From NCBI GenBank assembly GCA_963786955.1, contig CAWBAT010000004.1, positions 192,001-256,000 of the forward strand: a stretch of DNA of 64,000 nt, read 5' to 3'. The DNA comes from an uncultured Acidimicrobiia bacterium. GTDB lineage: Bacteria > Acidobacteriota > Terriglobia > Versatilivoradales > Versatilivoraceae. Below, piece by piece: positions 1 to 11,169 of the stretch. The notes under the pieces are model-generated. The model searched no databases. It saw nothing but the letters and a program-made list of their open reading frames with translations, and was not told where the DNA came from. The translations under genes were made by a program, and so were the position numbers. Each line of letters starts with the position of its first letter. Position 1 is the stretch's first letter.

Positions 1-257
1 TCGAGATCGAAGGGCACACCGACAGCACGGGCAGCGATGAGCTCAACCAGAAACTCTCTGAGCAGCGCGCCGAGTCGGTGCGAATGTACCTGATCGAACA
101 GCAGATTCCTCCTCAATCTCTGGTCGCCAGAGGCTTTGGAAAGACAATGCCGGTCGCCAGCAACCAAACCGCTGAAGGCAGGCAGAAAAACCGCCGAGTC
201 GAAATCATTGTCTCCGGGGAAGTCATCGGGACCAAAATCGGCGAGTCGAGTCGTTAG
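1..257 (+). CDS. OmpA-like peptidoglycan-binding protein, C-terminal part (truncated by window edge)
   Basis: Frame from nt 3 reads [26 protein letters not shown]...[25 protein letters not shown], the OmpA_C motifs; TAG at 255-257. Confidence 0.9.
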   Translation, partial: EIEGHTDSTGSDELNQKLSEQRAESVRMYLIEQQIPPQSLVARGFGKTMPVASNQTAEGRQKNRRVEIIVSGEVIGTKIGESSR

Positions 258-323
258 GGCGAATATTGCAAATGTTGGTAGTGAGATAGAAGGCGTCCGG
301 GTCGAAGGGGGATTCTGAAGTCT

Positions 324-1001
324 TCATTCAGTGCTCCGATCAGTGCCGGAAACCGCCTGCATCAAACTTTCAATACCCCGGCGAGGGCCTCCTGGATGGC
401 CGAAGATCGCGGTTCCTGCAACCAGCACCCGGGCGCCGGCTTGGACCACTTTCAAAGCCGTATGCGATTCGATCCCTCCATCGACTTCCAATTCACATTT
501 GGGATTACATTGATCGAGCCGCTCTCGAATCGTCTGGATCTTTCGAAGTGTCAACTCGATAAAATGCTGCCCGCCGAATCCGGGATTGACCGTCATGACA
601 AGCACGAGATCGAGATCCTCAATGATCTCATCCAGGAAGTGCGGAGGGGTTGAAGGATTGATCGCCACCCCTGCCTTTTTCCCCAATGCCTTGATCCTCT
701 GGATCATTCGATGAAGATGGGGGGATGTTTCCTGATGGATGATCAAGGTATCGGAGCCTGCTTCAGCAAAAGTTTCCAGATACTGTTCAGGATGCACGAT
801 CATCAAGTGTGTTTCCAAGGGGAAGGTCGTGCTCCGGCGCATGGCCTCAATGACGGGAATCCCGAAGCTGATATTAGGCACAAAACTACCGTCCATGACA
901 TCGAGGTGGAAGCGGTCAACACCACTGACCTCCGCAGCTTTGACCTGCTCACCAAGTCGGAGAAAATCTGCAGCCAAAATGGAAGGTGCAATCTTGATCA
1001 T
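324..1001 (-). CDS. rpe: Ribulose-phosphate 3-epimerase
   Basis: IAPSILAADF, HLDVMDG, MTVNPGFGGQ and EVDGGI motifs. Confidence 0.97.
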   Translation of the reverse strand: MIKIAPSILAADFLRLGEQVKAAEVSGVDRFHLDVMDGSFVPNISFGIPVIEAMRRSTTFPLETHLMIVHPEQYLETFAEAGSDTLIIHQETSPHLHRMIQRIKALGKKAGVAINPSTPPHFLDEIIEDLDLVLVMTVNPGFGGQHFIELTLRKIQTIRERLDQCNPKCELEVDGGIESHTALKVVQAGARVLVAGTAIFGHPGGPRRGIESLMQAVSGTDRSTE

Positions 1002-1034
1002 GGGGAAAACTCACTATCTACTGGTCCAAAGGGA

Positions 1035-2597
1035 TTAATCAATCGCTCTCCACTGCCGACTGTCACGCTCCATAAGTTCATCGGCTTCCTTTGGGCCCCA
1101 GGTCCCTGATGTGTAGTTCGGAAAAGTTCGGGGAGGTAACGCTTTCCAGACATCGAGGATGGGTTGAATAATATTCCAGCCGGCTTCGACCATATCTGCC
1201 CGCTGGAAAAGAGTGGCATCGCCCGACATGCAATCATAGAGAAGCCTTTCATAACCTGTGCTTGGCCGGCTTCCGAAATAGTCCGTATATTTGAAATCCA
1301 TGTCCACTCCACCCATTCGCATGACCGGCCCAGGGATCTTTGCGCCAAATCTCAAAGAGATCCCTTCATCGGGTTGGATATGGATGACCAGGCGATTCGT
1401 TCGTAACCGCTCAACGGGCGTATCCCGAAACAAAACAAAGGGAGCACGCCTGAACTGAATCGCAACCTCCGTAACCCTTTTTGGCAGACGCTTGCCGGTG
1501 CGAATGTAAAAAGGCACGTCCGCCCATCTCCAGTTATCGATCAGAAGCTTTAGGGCGACGAACGTATCCGTGCCGGAGAGGGGAGCCACATTTCGCTCCT
1601 CACGATAAGCCGGAAGGCTGGTGCCATCGATGGTTCCACTGCCGTATTGCCCTCGCACGGTTTTGCTCAGCACGTCCTCAGGGTTGAGGGGTTGGATCGC
1701 ACGCAGAATCTTAGCCTGTTCGTCTCGCACCGCATCTGCCTGGAATGAGATGGGCGGCTCCATGGCCGTCAATGTGACCAGCTGAAAGAGATGATTCGGG
1801 ACCATGTCACGCAGCGCCCCCGAAGTTTCATAATAATTACCTCGAGTTTCTACGCCCACCGTTTCCGCTGCGGTGATCTGGACATGATCGATATAGCGCC
1901 GGTTCCAAATCGGCTCAAAAATTCCGTTCCCAAAGCGAAAGACTAAGATGTTTTGAACGGTTTCTTTTCCCAGGTAGTGGTCAATGCGATAAATCTGGCC
2001 CTCGTGCAGGCACTGTTTGATGTCATTGTTCAACACACGAGCTGACTCCAGATCATGGCCAAAAGGCTTCTCAATGATCACCCGCCGCCAGTGTCCATCT
2101 TGCTCGTTCGTCAAACCCACTGTCCCCAGATTGCGAACAATGTCGGAGAAATATTCAGGGGCAGTTGCCAGATAGTAAAAATAATTGCCGGAGGTCCCGT
2201 GCTCTTTGTCAACATTGGCAAGGAGCTCTTGAAGCTTTGGATAGATGCTGGGATCGTCGAAGCTTCCTTGCATATAGTGAATGCGTTCTTTAAACCAGCT
2301 CCATAGTCCTGTCTCAACCGTATCCGTCGCAAACTGCTGAATTTCCTGACTGATCTTTTCACGAAAAGTATCCGTGTTCAGCGGGGCACGTGCGACACCA
2401 ACGATGGCAAAGTCCCTGGAAAGCAGATTCTCTTTTGCCAAGTTATAGAGTGCCGGAATCAACTTTCGCTTCGTTAAATCCCCCGCCGCCCCAAAAATCA
2501 CCATCGCGCAGGCAGGCCCAGGACGTCCTATCCGTTCTTTTGCCGGATCGATCATCTCTGGTGCAACCTTCGTTAGCTTTTCCACTTTTCTCTCCAC
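1035..2597 (-). CDS. zwf: Glucose-6-phosphate 1-dehydrogenase
   Basis: [16 protein letters not shown] and [13 protein letters not shown] motifs. Confidence 0.98.
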   Translation of the reverse strand: MERKVEKLTKVAPEMIDPAKERIGRPGPACAMVIFGAAGDLTKRKLIPALYNLAKENLLSRDFAIVGVARAPLNTDTFREKISQEIQQFATDTVETGLWSWFKERIHYMQGSFDDPSIYPKLQELLANVDKEHGTSGNYFYYLATAPEYFSDIVRNLGTVGLTNEQDGHWRRVIIEKPFGHDLESARVLNNDIKQCLHEGQIYRIDHYLGKETVQNILVFRFGNGIFEPIWNRRYIDHVQITAAETVGVETRGNYYETSGALRDMVPNHLFQLVTLTAMEPPISFQADAVRDEQAKILRAIQPLNPEDVLSKTVRGQYGSGTIDGTSLPAYREERNVAPLSGTDTFVALKLLIDNWRWADVPFYIRTGKRLPKRVTEVAIQFRRAPFVLFRDTPVERLRTNRLVIHIQPDEGISLRFGAKIPGPVMRMGGVDMDFKYTDYFGSRPSTGYERLLYDCMSGDATLFQRADMVEAGWNIIQPILDVWKALPPRTFPNYTSGTWGPKEADELMERDSRQWRAID

Positions 2598-2621
2598 AAG
2601 AACTTACCCCCCCGGCCAATT

Positions 2622-3074
2622 TTAGACGGAATAGCGCTTCTCAATGGCATGAATCTTGTCAAGGCGGCGTTGGTGTCGGTCTTCGCCAGAGAATCGGGCT
2701 TTCAAAAAGGCATTGCTGAGTTCCAAGGCCAGCGCCTCTCCAATGATCCTCCCACCCAGGACCAAGACGTTGATGTCATCGTGTTCAACCCCCTGATGAG
2801 CCGAATAGGTATCATGGCAGAGTCCGGCTCGCACGCCGGGGATCTTGTTGGCAGCTACCGATGCGCCGACTCCACTGCCACACACCAAGATTCCGCGATC
2901 AGCCTTCCCTTCTCGGACAGCCAACGCAACAGCTTCTGCAAAGTCCGGGTAATCGACGGGCGTAGTACTGTGTGTTCCCTGGTCAAATACTTCGTAACCC
3001 AGCCCGTCGATGTGAGTTCTTATGCATTCCTTCAGTTCATAACCCGCATGATCAGACCCGATTGCGATTCTCAT
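2622..3074 (-). CDS. rpiB: Ribose-5-phosphate isomerase B
   Basis: [19 protein letters not shown] and RHQRRLDKI motifs. Confidence 0.96.
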   Translation of the reverse strand: MRIAIGSDHAGYELKECIRTHIDGLGYEVFDQGTHSTTPVDYPDFAEAVALAVREGKADRGILVCGSGVGASVAANKIPGVRAGLCHDTYSAHQGVEHDDINVLVLGGRIIGEALALELSNAFLKARFSGEDRHQRRLDKIHAIEKRYSV

Positions 3075-3145
3075 CTTTGCTCCTCATCTTTTCCGTCTGG
3101 TTGCAACGCCTCTTCATTTTTCTAATCAGCGGACAGTTTAGAGTT

Positions 3146-4160
3146 TCATACACTACCACAGCCCGCGGGAAAATTGTAAGTGTACCTAACTGCCGAATCC
3201 GGTGGGGCAAAACCCAAGTGTCTCGAGGGCTGGGACGGCTCCCCCCGCAAAGGGAGACGCACGTGAGTCCAGTTCTTTTGCTCGATGTGAGCATTGTCAT
3301 CTTTCTTGTAAGGACGGCCACGAGTGAATTGGATCTCGAGGGCCTGACAATAGCGATAGAGATGAGCATTGATAAATTCCGAGCCGTTGTCGGAGTCAAT
3401 GCCCAGCAGTTTAAACGGTAACGCTTGACGGATGGTTTCCATGGCGCAACGAACTCCTTCTTGCCCTTTGCCTAGCACGGCACGCGTCTCGACCCAGGTG
3501 GTGTGGATGTCGGTGAGGTTCAGCGAATGACAGCAGTCGCCGGAGGCAGAGCTGCCGGCATGCGAGACCAGATCGACTTCGGTGAAGCCGGGTTGGTGAA
3601 CGTCCCAGTTGTCGGTCTTGATGGGAATGTGATGCTTTAACAACGTGCCCGGTTTGGTCCGGCCGTAGATCCTTTTTTTGAGTTGGCGCTTTTTGGGGCG
3701 GAGCCGATAATCGATGGTGCGGGGACTGAGGCAGAGCAGTTGCTGTTCCAGCCGGGGCGTCAAGTGAAAACGCTTCCGAGCCCAGGGCATCCACACCGGC
3801 AGCAGCGCCTTTAGACGGACCGACCAGGGATAGCCGGCCGCTTCCCAGATGGCACTGAGCACCGAGATTACCTGAGGCCCATAGCTCGCACGCCGTTTGC
3901 GGCGCCGCGGTGGCGACGGCCTGGGCGGAGGACCGTTGAGCAAGCGAATGGCGTATTTGCGATGGTACCCACAATTGAGGCAGAACTCGTCGAGGATTGA
4001 TTGCTTCGATCTCGACGACGCGGTGGAATATCTGTGATGAATCTTTCTCAAGTATTCCCATCTTGACTGTCGACTCATGATGTAACCCCTTTCAATTAGG
4101 GTTACATCTTAATTTGCGCGACGATCATCCTCAGAGTTACATTTTAGCTTGCGCGATTGA
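3146..4160 (-). mobile_element. 3'-truncated DDE (integrase-core) insertion sequence, ISNCY-like; transposase ORF 4078-3146
   Basis: HRKYAIRLL, GIDSDNGSEFIN, FTRGRPYKKDDNAHIEQKNWTHVR; similarity appears to stop at about 3257; tandem 21-bp repeats at 4101-4121 and 4136-4156. Confidence 0.85.
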
Positions 4161-4294
4161 ACCATCCCCTTACACCAAAATTTCGTGTATTGTGTGGGAT
4201 TCCAGGTTTATTCTACAACCTGGAAAAATTCAAGCTGTAGGGGCATATCCCTTTCATTCATATTCTTTTGTCCTGATGGAGATCTGAGGTAAAC

Positions 4295-6547
4295 ATGCAA
4301 TTAGTGAAGATCAATCATTTTCGTTCAGCTCCTGCTATTCGGCTCAGTCCCTTGCCGACCAGGCTGAAAATTGTTTTCTCCTTGATTTTATCGTTTGCTT
4401 GCAGCCAGCATTTTTTGTGGGGCCAACAGGACACGCAGAAACCTAAGCACCCCAAAGTGGGGATTGCTTTGGCGGGCGGCAGCGCACTTGGCCTGGCCCA
4501 TGTCGGGGTTTTAAAATGGCTGGAAGAGCATCACATTCCGCTCGACTATGTCGCTGGAACCAGTATGGGCGGATTGGTTGGCGGGCTCTACGCTTCAGGA
4601 TACGACTACCAGGAAATGTCCGAGTTTATCGGCAAAATAGACTGGTCAGAAGCTCTGCAATTATCGACGCCTTTTAATGACCTCACCTTTCGGCGGAAGG
4701 AAGATGCCGTGGCATTCCCAAACCAACTGGAATTGGGACTTCGACACGGTATCAGCCTTCCTCCCAGTCTCTCGTCAGGCAACGGTGTAGGTTTGATGAT
4801 CAGCCGATTTACCAGCCCCTATGCCGACATGAAGAGCTTTGATGACTTGCCGACATCATTCCGCTGTGTCGCGGTTGATCTCAAAACGGGCAAGCAGTTT
4901 ATTTTTCAGAACGGGGCTTTGTTTGACGCACTTCGATCGACAATGTCCCTCCCTGGAATTTTCTCGCCCTGGAAGGTCGGGAATGAAGTCTTTGTGGACG
5001 GGGGTGTATTGAACAATTTGCCTGTGGATGTTGCGAAGAACATGGGCTCCGATGTGGTGATTGGTGTTGCTCTCAGGAGCCAGGGAATCGAAGGGAAGCC
5101 GCCCAGTTCTATTCTAGGTATCGCCAGTCGCACCCTCGACATCCAAGTGGTCGGAAACCAGCAGCGGAATATGGGGCTCGCCGACATCCTGTTGATGCCA
5201 GAATTGGAGAATTTCGCGTCATTGGATTTCTATCGGGCGAAAGAATTGGAAGCCTTGGGCTATGAGGCAGCAGCCAAGAAAGCTCGGTTTCTAGAAACCC
5301 TGGCGGTGAATGATGCAGATTGGGCGGCTCACCTTCAGACACGACAAACCCGTCGCCTCAAAGCCACGACGACGCCGGCCTTCATCAGTGTCGCTGCGGT
5401 TCCTCGGGATCAGGTGCCTCTAATCGAAAAACAGCTTTCCCCGTTAACGGGCAAGGGCTTTAATCGGGCAGATTTAGAGAGGGATCTCACCATTATTACC
5501 GGTTACGGCCGTTATGAATCGGCCGATTACCGGTCGGCTGAAGGCAAGCAAGGTGAGGGGATTGGAGTCCATCTTCGAGCCAAAGAATATGGTCCTCCAT
5601 TTCTCAATCTTGGCTTTACGATCGATGGTTCCAACGGTGATGGCCTCAGCTTTGGGGTTGGAGGGCGTCTGACGTTCCTTGACATTGGAGGGCCCCGCTC
5701 TGAGTGGCGAACTGACTTCAATATCGGGACAGTGAACTACTTGGCAACCGAATACTACTGGCGTCCCAAAGCGGGCCCTTTCTTTATCGCGCCTCGAGTG
5801 TTTTATGGCAATTCGGCCTTTAGCTACTACAAGAATGGAGAAAACCTCTTTACGTTCAGGCTCAAAGAACCTGGTTTCGGAGCAGATCTCGGGATTGCAG
5901 GTGGTCGTTTTTCTGAATTGCGATTTGGCTATCAGCTCGCTCGTCAGACATTAAATGCGACCGAAGGCACACCAGTCATACCCGACATTCAAGGGAATCA
6001 AAGTCTTTTAAGATTGCGGTTTGCTTTCGACAATCAGGACAGGGCGGCTGTTCCCACTCGTGGAATACGTTCTATTACCGAGGCACAATGGGTGATGGCC
6101 TCACCGCTCGCCCAGAAAGCTTATCCCTATTTCAATTCAGATTTCAGTTGGGCCTATACACTGGGGCCACGCTATCTCTTCATTACAACAATCAATGGAG
6201 GAACTACAGGCTCCGGACAAATCCCGCTGCCGCTGTTTTCGCTGGGGGGGACGAATCGATTGAGGGCATTAGATCGAAATCAGCTATTAGGCAGCAGTTA
6301 TTATTACGGGAGCATGAATCTTCTGCGATCCTTATCAGACAAGCCGTTGTCCATGTTCGGGAAGCTCTATCTTGCCGGGAGTTATGAGATCGGGAATGCC
6401 TTTTTTCAACATCAATCGGCCAACCCTTTTCAGGACGGGTCATTTGGGATCGTCGGTGAAACGATCATCGGGGTTATTTTCTTCGGAGGAAGTGTGGGAG
6501 AAGACGGGGATGCCAAGATCTTCTTTCGCTTGGGACGGATGTTCTAG
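4295..6547 (+). CDS. Patatin-like phospholipase fused to POTRA/Omp85-like beta-barrel (PlpD-like)
   Basis: Signal peptide, GGSALGLAHVG, GTSMG and DGG motifs; amphipathic beta C-terminus ending in F. Confidence 0.88.
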   Translation: MQLVKINHFRSAPAIRLSPLPTRLKIVFSLILSFACSQHFLWGQQDTQKPKHPKVGIALAGGSALGLAHVGVLKWLEEHHIPLDYVAGTSMGGLVGGLYASGYDYQEMSEFIGKIDWSEALQLSTPFNDLTFRRKEDAVAFPNQLELGLRHGISLPPSLSSGNGVGLMISRFTSPYADMKSFDDLPTSFRCVAVDLKTGKQFIFQNGALFDALRSTMSLPGIFSPWKVGNEVFVDGGVLNNLPVDVAKNMGSDVVIGVALRSQGIEGKPPSSILGIASRTLDIQVVGNQQRNMGLADILLMPELENFASLDFYRAKELEALGYEAAAKKARFLETLAVNDADWAAHLQTRQTRRLKATTTPAFISVAAVPRDQVPLIEKQLSPLTGKGFNRADLERDLTIITGYGRYESADYRSAEGKQGEGIGVHLRAKEYGPPFLNLGFTIDGSNGDGLSFGVGGRLTFLDIGGPRSEWRTDFNIGTVNYLATEYYWRPKAGPFFIAPRVFYGNSAFSYYKNGENLFTFRLKEPGFGADLGIAGGRFSELRFGYQLARQTLNATEGTPVIPDIQGNQSLLRLRFAFDNQDRAAVPTRGIRSITEAQWVMASPLAQKAYPYFNSDFSWAYTLGPRYLFITTINGGTTGSGQIPLPLFSLGGTNRLRALDRNQLLGSSYYYGSMNLLRSLSDKPLSMFGKLYLAGSYEIGNAFFQHQSANPFQDGSFGIVGETIIGVIFFGGSVGEDGDAKIFFRLGRMF

Positions 6548-6649
6548 CGGGAGTGCGGCCGAGCTGCACAAACTCCAAGGGAAAGACATACGCAAATAAA
6601 ACGGGGATATCAGGAAGATCCCATTCGATGGGGGAGGACAGCTAAGACC

Positions 6650-7277
6650 TTGATATTGGAGACCATTCCCGTAGGCCCTTTACAGTGCAATTGCTATATT
6701 CTGGGTTGTGAGCAAACCCGGGAAGCTTTGCTGATTGATCCAGGCGAAGACGCCGATTTGATCTTGCCGGTCCTGGAAAAACATCAGCTCAAAGTGAAGT
6801 ACATCCTCACTACTCATGCCCACATTGATCATGTCGGCGATTTGGAAGCAGTCCGTTCTAAAACAGGAGCTGAAGCTCTATTGCATGAAAAAGATCTCTT
6901 GCTCTACGAAAATCTTCCGATACAAGCCGCCTGGTTAGGGGTCGAGACCCCGCCAACCATTAAGATCGATAACTTCATACACGATAAAGATCAGCTCCAC
7001 TTCGGCCGGCACACAGGAGAAATCCTCTTCACACCGGGCCATACCCAGGGCAGCGTTTGTTTATACCTTACCCGAACAAACGGGAAAGCTGTTCGCAGGA
7101 GATACCTTGTTCAAGCACAGCATCGGCCGGACAGATCTCTGGGGTGGCTCTTACGAATCCATTATTCAATCCATTCATGAAAAGCTGCTGACACTCGATG
7201 ACAGCACAGTCGTCTATCCAGGCCATGGGCCCACTACCACGATCGGTGAAGAAAAGAAACACAACCCCTTCTTATGA
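6650..7277 (+). CDS. MBL-fold metallo-hydrolase (glyoxalase II/YcbL-like), one frameshift near 7068
   Basis: THAHIDH and TPGHT, then in the shifted frame LFAGDTLF...GRTDL...VYPGHGPTTTIGEEKKHNPFL; TGA 7275-7277. Confidence 0.88.
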
Positions 7278-7659
7278 AATTCATCTCCTCGATAGAATAA
7301 AAAGATTTCCTATATTTTTTGATTCTGACAGGCGTGAACGCCTGTCGCTGGAGTTTGGACATTTATGAAGCGGCAGGAGGCCGCTTCCTCCTTCGAGAGC
7401 CCCATCGGGGCGTTGGATTCTAGCCCAGGGCGCCGCCAGCGGCAGGAGCCGCTGCGGCCGCCCTGGGTCAGCGTTCTCACGAGTTCCTACCCTCTCCCCC
7501 AACACCCTTTCCGTGTTGGGGGAGAGGGCGAGGGTGAGGGGGTCAGAAGCTGTCGACGTCGAAGTCTCACGCTTCGTTCCGACAAACACTGCAACCACAA
7601 CGAAACGCATGATTCAGGATTTGGCAACGAATGCCCCCCACTCCCATCCTTATAGTCGG

Positions 7660-7980
7660 TACAACAGGGTTGCCCGAGGATGAGTATATGAATAGCCGTC
7701 GTAGCGTTTCTTTCTTTTTTGCCTCTTTTTTCTTTCTTTGTGGAAGCTGTGGATTTTGTGCAAAAGCCATGAAGGCCAACAGAACCATACCCCTCGTTGA
7801 GGGAATTGGGATTAAATGGAGGGGTTGTCACCCGCCATCCTCCCGTTACGAACAAACCACCCGATCGTGCGACGATCAGGGAGAGACTTTCGAACGGGAG
7901 GGGGCTGGAGCTGAAACGCATTCTCAGAGGCTGCCCCGAGAGGACTCCCCTATAAGGGTTGCGCGGGCCCCAGCTGGCGA
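7660..7980 (+). ncRNA. Putative IS110 bridge RNA in the left non-coding end (boundaries approximate)
   Basis: Stem 7840-47/7893-7900 encloses gggagag (7879-85, reverse complement of the right target); ctcagagg (7923-30) and ctataag (7950-56) match the donor junction. Confidence 0.7.
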
Positions 7981-8015
7981 GGTTCCTTCTCTTTATCCTA
8001 GAACGGGAGGAGATC

Positions 8016-9294
8016 ATGAGTTCTGATTCTGAAATTGCTGCCTTCATTGGTTTAGATTGGGCCGACCAACAACATGTCATTTGTCTGCGGGCGGCCGGCT
8101 CTGGTCAGGTCGAATCTCTAGTGGTGGACCAAAAACCGGAAAGCCTGCAAGCTTGGATCCAGCAATTGCGACTGCGATTTGGGGGCCGCCCGGTAGCCAT
8201 CATCCTGGAGCAATCGCGGGGCGCCTTGTTGTATGCCCTGATGGACGTGGACTTCTTGCGGCTCTATCCGAGTCAACCCTCTAACCTTGGCCAAGTTTCG
8301 CAAAGCCCTCTATCCCAGTGGCGCCAAGGATGATCCCACCGATGCCGCGCTCTTGCTGGAACTGCTGGAGAAGCATCGGGAGCGCCTCCGCGTTTGGGTT
8401 CCCGACGACCCCGACACCCGCTGCCTGCGCCTGCTCAGCGAAGCGCGACGCAAGCTGGTCAACCAGAAGACCGCTCTGACCAACGAGGTCACCAGCCTGT
8501 TGAAAGGCTATTTCCCTCAAGCCTTGTCCTGGGCGGGAGATCCCGACACCTTGCGGGCTTGCGATTTTCTGCAAAAGTGGTCCAGTCTGGATCAGCTGCG
8601 CCGGAGTTCCAGGACCACTCTGGAGAAATTTTACCGCCATCACGGTTGCCCCTCGGGCCGGTCGATCGACTCACTGCTGGAAGAAATTCGCTAGGCTCAA
8701 CCCCTGACGCGAGACCCTGCCGTCACCCGGGCCTCAGCCCTGATGGTGCAGGCCTTGATGCGCCAGGTTCGGGACCTGATCGAATCGATCTCCCAATTTA
8801 ACCAACAAATCAAAGAGCTGTTTGAAAAGCATCCCGACTACGATGTGTTCCACAGTTTCCCCGGGGCCGGGCCGGCTTTGGGCCCCCGCCTCCTGACTTT
8901 GTTCGGATCGGATCGGAACCGTTTTCACTTGGCCTGCGAAGTACAGCTCCTGTCGGGCATCGCCCCAGTCACCGAAAAAAGCGGCAAGTCCCATCGGGTC
9001 CATTGGCGGTGGGCTTGTCCGAAATTCTTGCGCCAAAGCGTCCAGGAATTCTCGGAACAGTCGATTCGCCGTTCCCTGTGGGCGCGGACCTGCTATGACT
9101 GCCTCCGCGCGGCCGGCAAGTCTCATCACGCGGCCCTGCGCGCCCTGGGCTACAAATGGCTTCGGATCATGTTCCGCTGTTGGAAGGAGCATACACCTTA
9201 CGACGAACAATATTACCTGGCTACCTTGCGGCATCGTGGGTCTCCCCTGGGAGAAGCATTGTCCCTCACAACCACGGAGTCCATTTGTGAATAA
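8016..9294 (+). pseudogene. IS110 DEDD recombinase, frameshift near 8270 and in-frame TAG at 8692-8694
   Basis: GLDWAD, ILEQS, KDDPTDA and SGIAPVTEKSGK motifs spread over three ORF pieces. Confidence 0.9.
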
Positions 9295-9860
9295 ATTGTC
9301 ATTTTCCTGTGCAAATAATAGTTGACTTATCACCTCAGAGGTCTCTCCCCCCGAATCGCCGAAAGGCGAGCCATTCGGGGGGAGAGGAGATAATATTGGT
9401 TGAAATGCTGACCCAGGGCGGCGTGAGGAGCTCTTGCTCCTCGCTGGCCCTGGGCTAGAATTCTATCGCCCTTACAGGGCACTCAGGGGAAGCAGCGGCA
9501 TCCTGCCGCTGCACTTCTCGAAAAATTCCAATATCCAGAGACAGGCGTGGATGCCTGTCGCTACTGAGGCTATCCATTTCTCGCCCTTAACGGGGCTTCA
9601 AGTGGAAGCTATTTTACTCTTGAGTGAGACGAGCTCTTGAAAGAATAAATAACGAAAATCGACGTCCATTGGTTGTCATACAAAATCACATTCGAACGGT
9701 GACAATCTGAAATCCCCTCCGCTGGAGGGGTGTAGGGGTGGGTTCGTCAATGATGAACTGATATTTGCGTTCAGTTGCGGCTAGTTTTTTGGTGAGGAGT
9801 CAAATTTTTTCCCCGTGCTCCTCGTGGTTAATTTTCCTTCAAGAAGTAGCCCCCAGCATG

Positions 9861-10778
9861 TTACAGGATTTCCTCAATCGCTTTCTGGATGACACTTTCA
9901 TCCTGGTAGTTGACAAAATGACTGCGGATGATCCCCTGTTTATCAACCAGGAATATTGTCGGGAAAAGCTGTACTCCGCCATAATTGGATTGGATTTCTG
10001 TCGTGAGATGAGCAACGGGGAAATTGACTTTGTGCCCTTCTAGGTAGGCTTTCCGATCGGAATCTTTGTAATCGAGTTCCAAGACATGATCCGCATTAAA
10101 TCCAACGACTGTGAAATCCCGATTTTGGAATCTTTTCTCCAAGGAAACCAGGTGCGGTGTAATTTGGGCACAGGGCGGACAGTTCGTAAACCAAAAATAG
10201 ATGAGATACGGCTTGCCTTTCAGTTCGCTGGAACTGATGGCACGCCCATCAAGCAACTGAGCGGTGAACGGGGGAGCAACTTTCCCTTCCCAGCCCGCGA
10301 TGCTCCGTTCGATGAGTTTGTTAAAACGGGGATCCGCCTGAATCTTTTCAATATTGACTCTCGTGATCTCTCCGCTCTTTGGATCCCGGGTGATGAACTT
10401 CGGGACCCGCGGATCGGATTCCAGTATCTTTAGAATCAAATCTGCTTCACCTTCCACTTTCAGATTGAACTGCTGCGAAAGCTCCATAAGCGTAGGAGGC
10501 CTCTTGGCGTTTTGGTAATACTGCGAAACAAAGATGGGAACTTTGAAGAAAATATTGTAAAGACGGTCAATCACCTTGCGTTCCGCGGGCGTGGTAAACA
10601 CTTCGTTATAAAGTTCGGAAACGATGACGGGTTTGCCGCTTTGGACGAGGCCTCTCAGTTGCGTCACGACTCGCGTTTCGACGTCAGGGCTGTCTTGAGG
10701 AAGACTCAGCATTGAGCAAGCGAGCAGGTAGAGAAAGACCATTGATGCTGGAAGTGATTTCAAGAAAAATGATTTCAT
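9861..10778 (-). CDS. Exported TlpA/ResA-like thiol-disulfide oxidoreductase with an unknown N-terminal domain
   Basis: FWFTNCPPC and FPTIFLVDKQG; signal peptide. Confidence 0.85.
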   Translation of the reverse strand: MKSFFLKSLPASMVFLYLLACSMLSLPQDSPDVETRVVTQLRGLVQSGKPVIVSELYNEVFTTPAERKVIDRLYNIFFKVPIFVSQYYQNAKRPPTLMELSQQFNLKVEGEADLILKILESDPRVPKFITRDPKSGEITRVNIEKIQADPRFNKLIERSIAGWEGKVAPPFTAQLLDGRAISSSELKGKPYLIYFWFTNCPPCAQITPHLVSLEKRFQNRDFTVVGFNADHVLELDYKDSDRKAYLEGHKVNFPVAHLTTEIQSNYGGVQLFPTIFLVDKQGIIRSHFVNYQDESVIQKAIEEIL

Positions 10779-11019
10779 CGGATAAATACCCTTTTCAAGA
10801 TTCTAATTGAACATCTTTATACTAGCATTGTCTAGGAAGCCTGAAGGGAACTAGAGTAAGAAAAGCTTCGGATCAACGTGGATTAGCGCAGATCTGCACC
10901 AGTTTTTGTAGCGCGGTGTTGCTGTTTAACTCCGCGGCTTTTTAAGCGGGCAGGTAAGCTAAACCCTTTCCTCGAGCCGGGGCCAGTAGTCCCGGCCTGA
11001 AGATTGGACCTTTTTCTTC

Positions 11020-11165
11020 GCCCTGATAAGGGCAAAATAAAATAGCCCAGGGCAGAGCGAAGGGCGAAGCCTTGAGCGCCGCCCTGGGTGATGGGTCACC
11101 TACGAAAGGGCACCCTGAAGGGGTGCAACACACCTCTCGGCCAGATTGTCGCGCCCTTTCAGGAC
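11020..11165. repeat. REP-like palindromes (cccagggc...gccctggg class)
   Basis: Same class as 7418-7470, 9408-9480 and 22558-22890. Confidence 0.7.
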
Positions 11166-11169
11166 ACCG

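Larger units (their letters stand above)
7649..9344 (+). mobile_element. IS110-family element with CT core at both ends
   Basis: CT at 7649-50 and 9343-44; joined ends give TTGACT-N17-TATAGT; DEDD recombinase inside; removing the element restores a REP-like unit. Confidence 0.9.
7327..9560. repeat. Nested palindromic composite of three REP-like classes, interrupted by IS110
   Basis: 7327-7478 is an imperfect inverted copy of 9404-9560; inner ccctctccccc...gggggagagg units at 7488-7542 and at 7634-7650 joined to 9345-9390. Confidence 0.75.

Noticed and set aside
3180-3262. GTGCG at the transposase break as a group II intron 5' end
   Set aside because: GTGCG simply encodes the conserved VR; no intron domains V/VI or reverse transcriptase seen
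7281-8080. Several ORFs in the REP and IS110 left-end region
   Set aside because: Translations of palindromic repeats and the non-coding IS end
8692-8694. In-frame TAG as recoding
   Set aside because: The same gene also has a frameshift; a nonsense mutation is simpler
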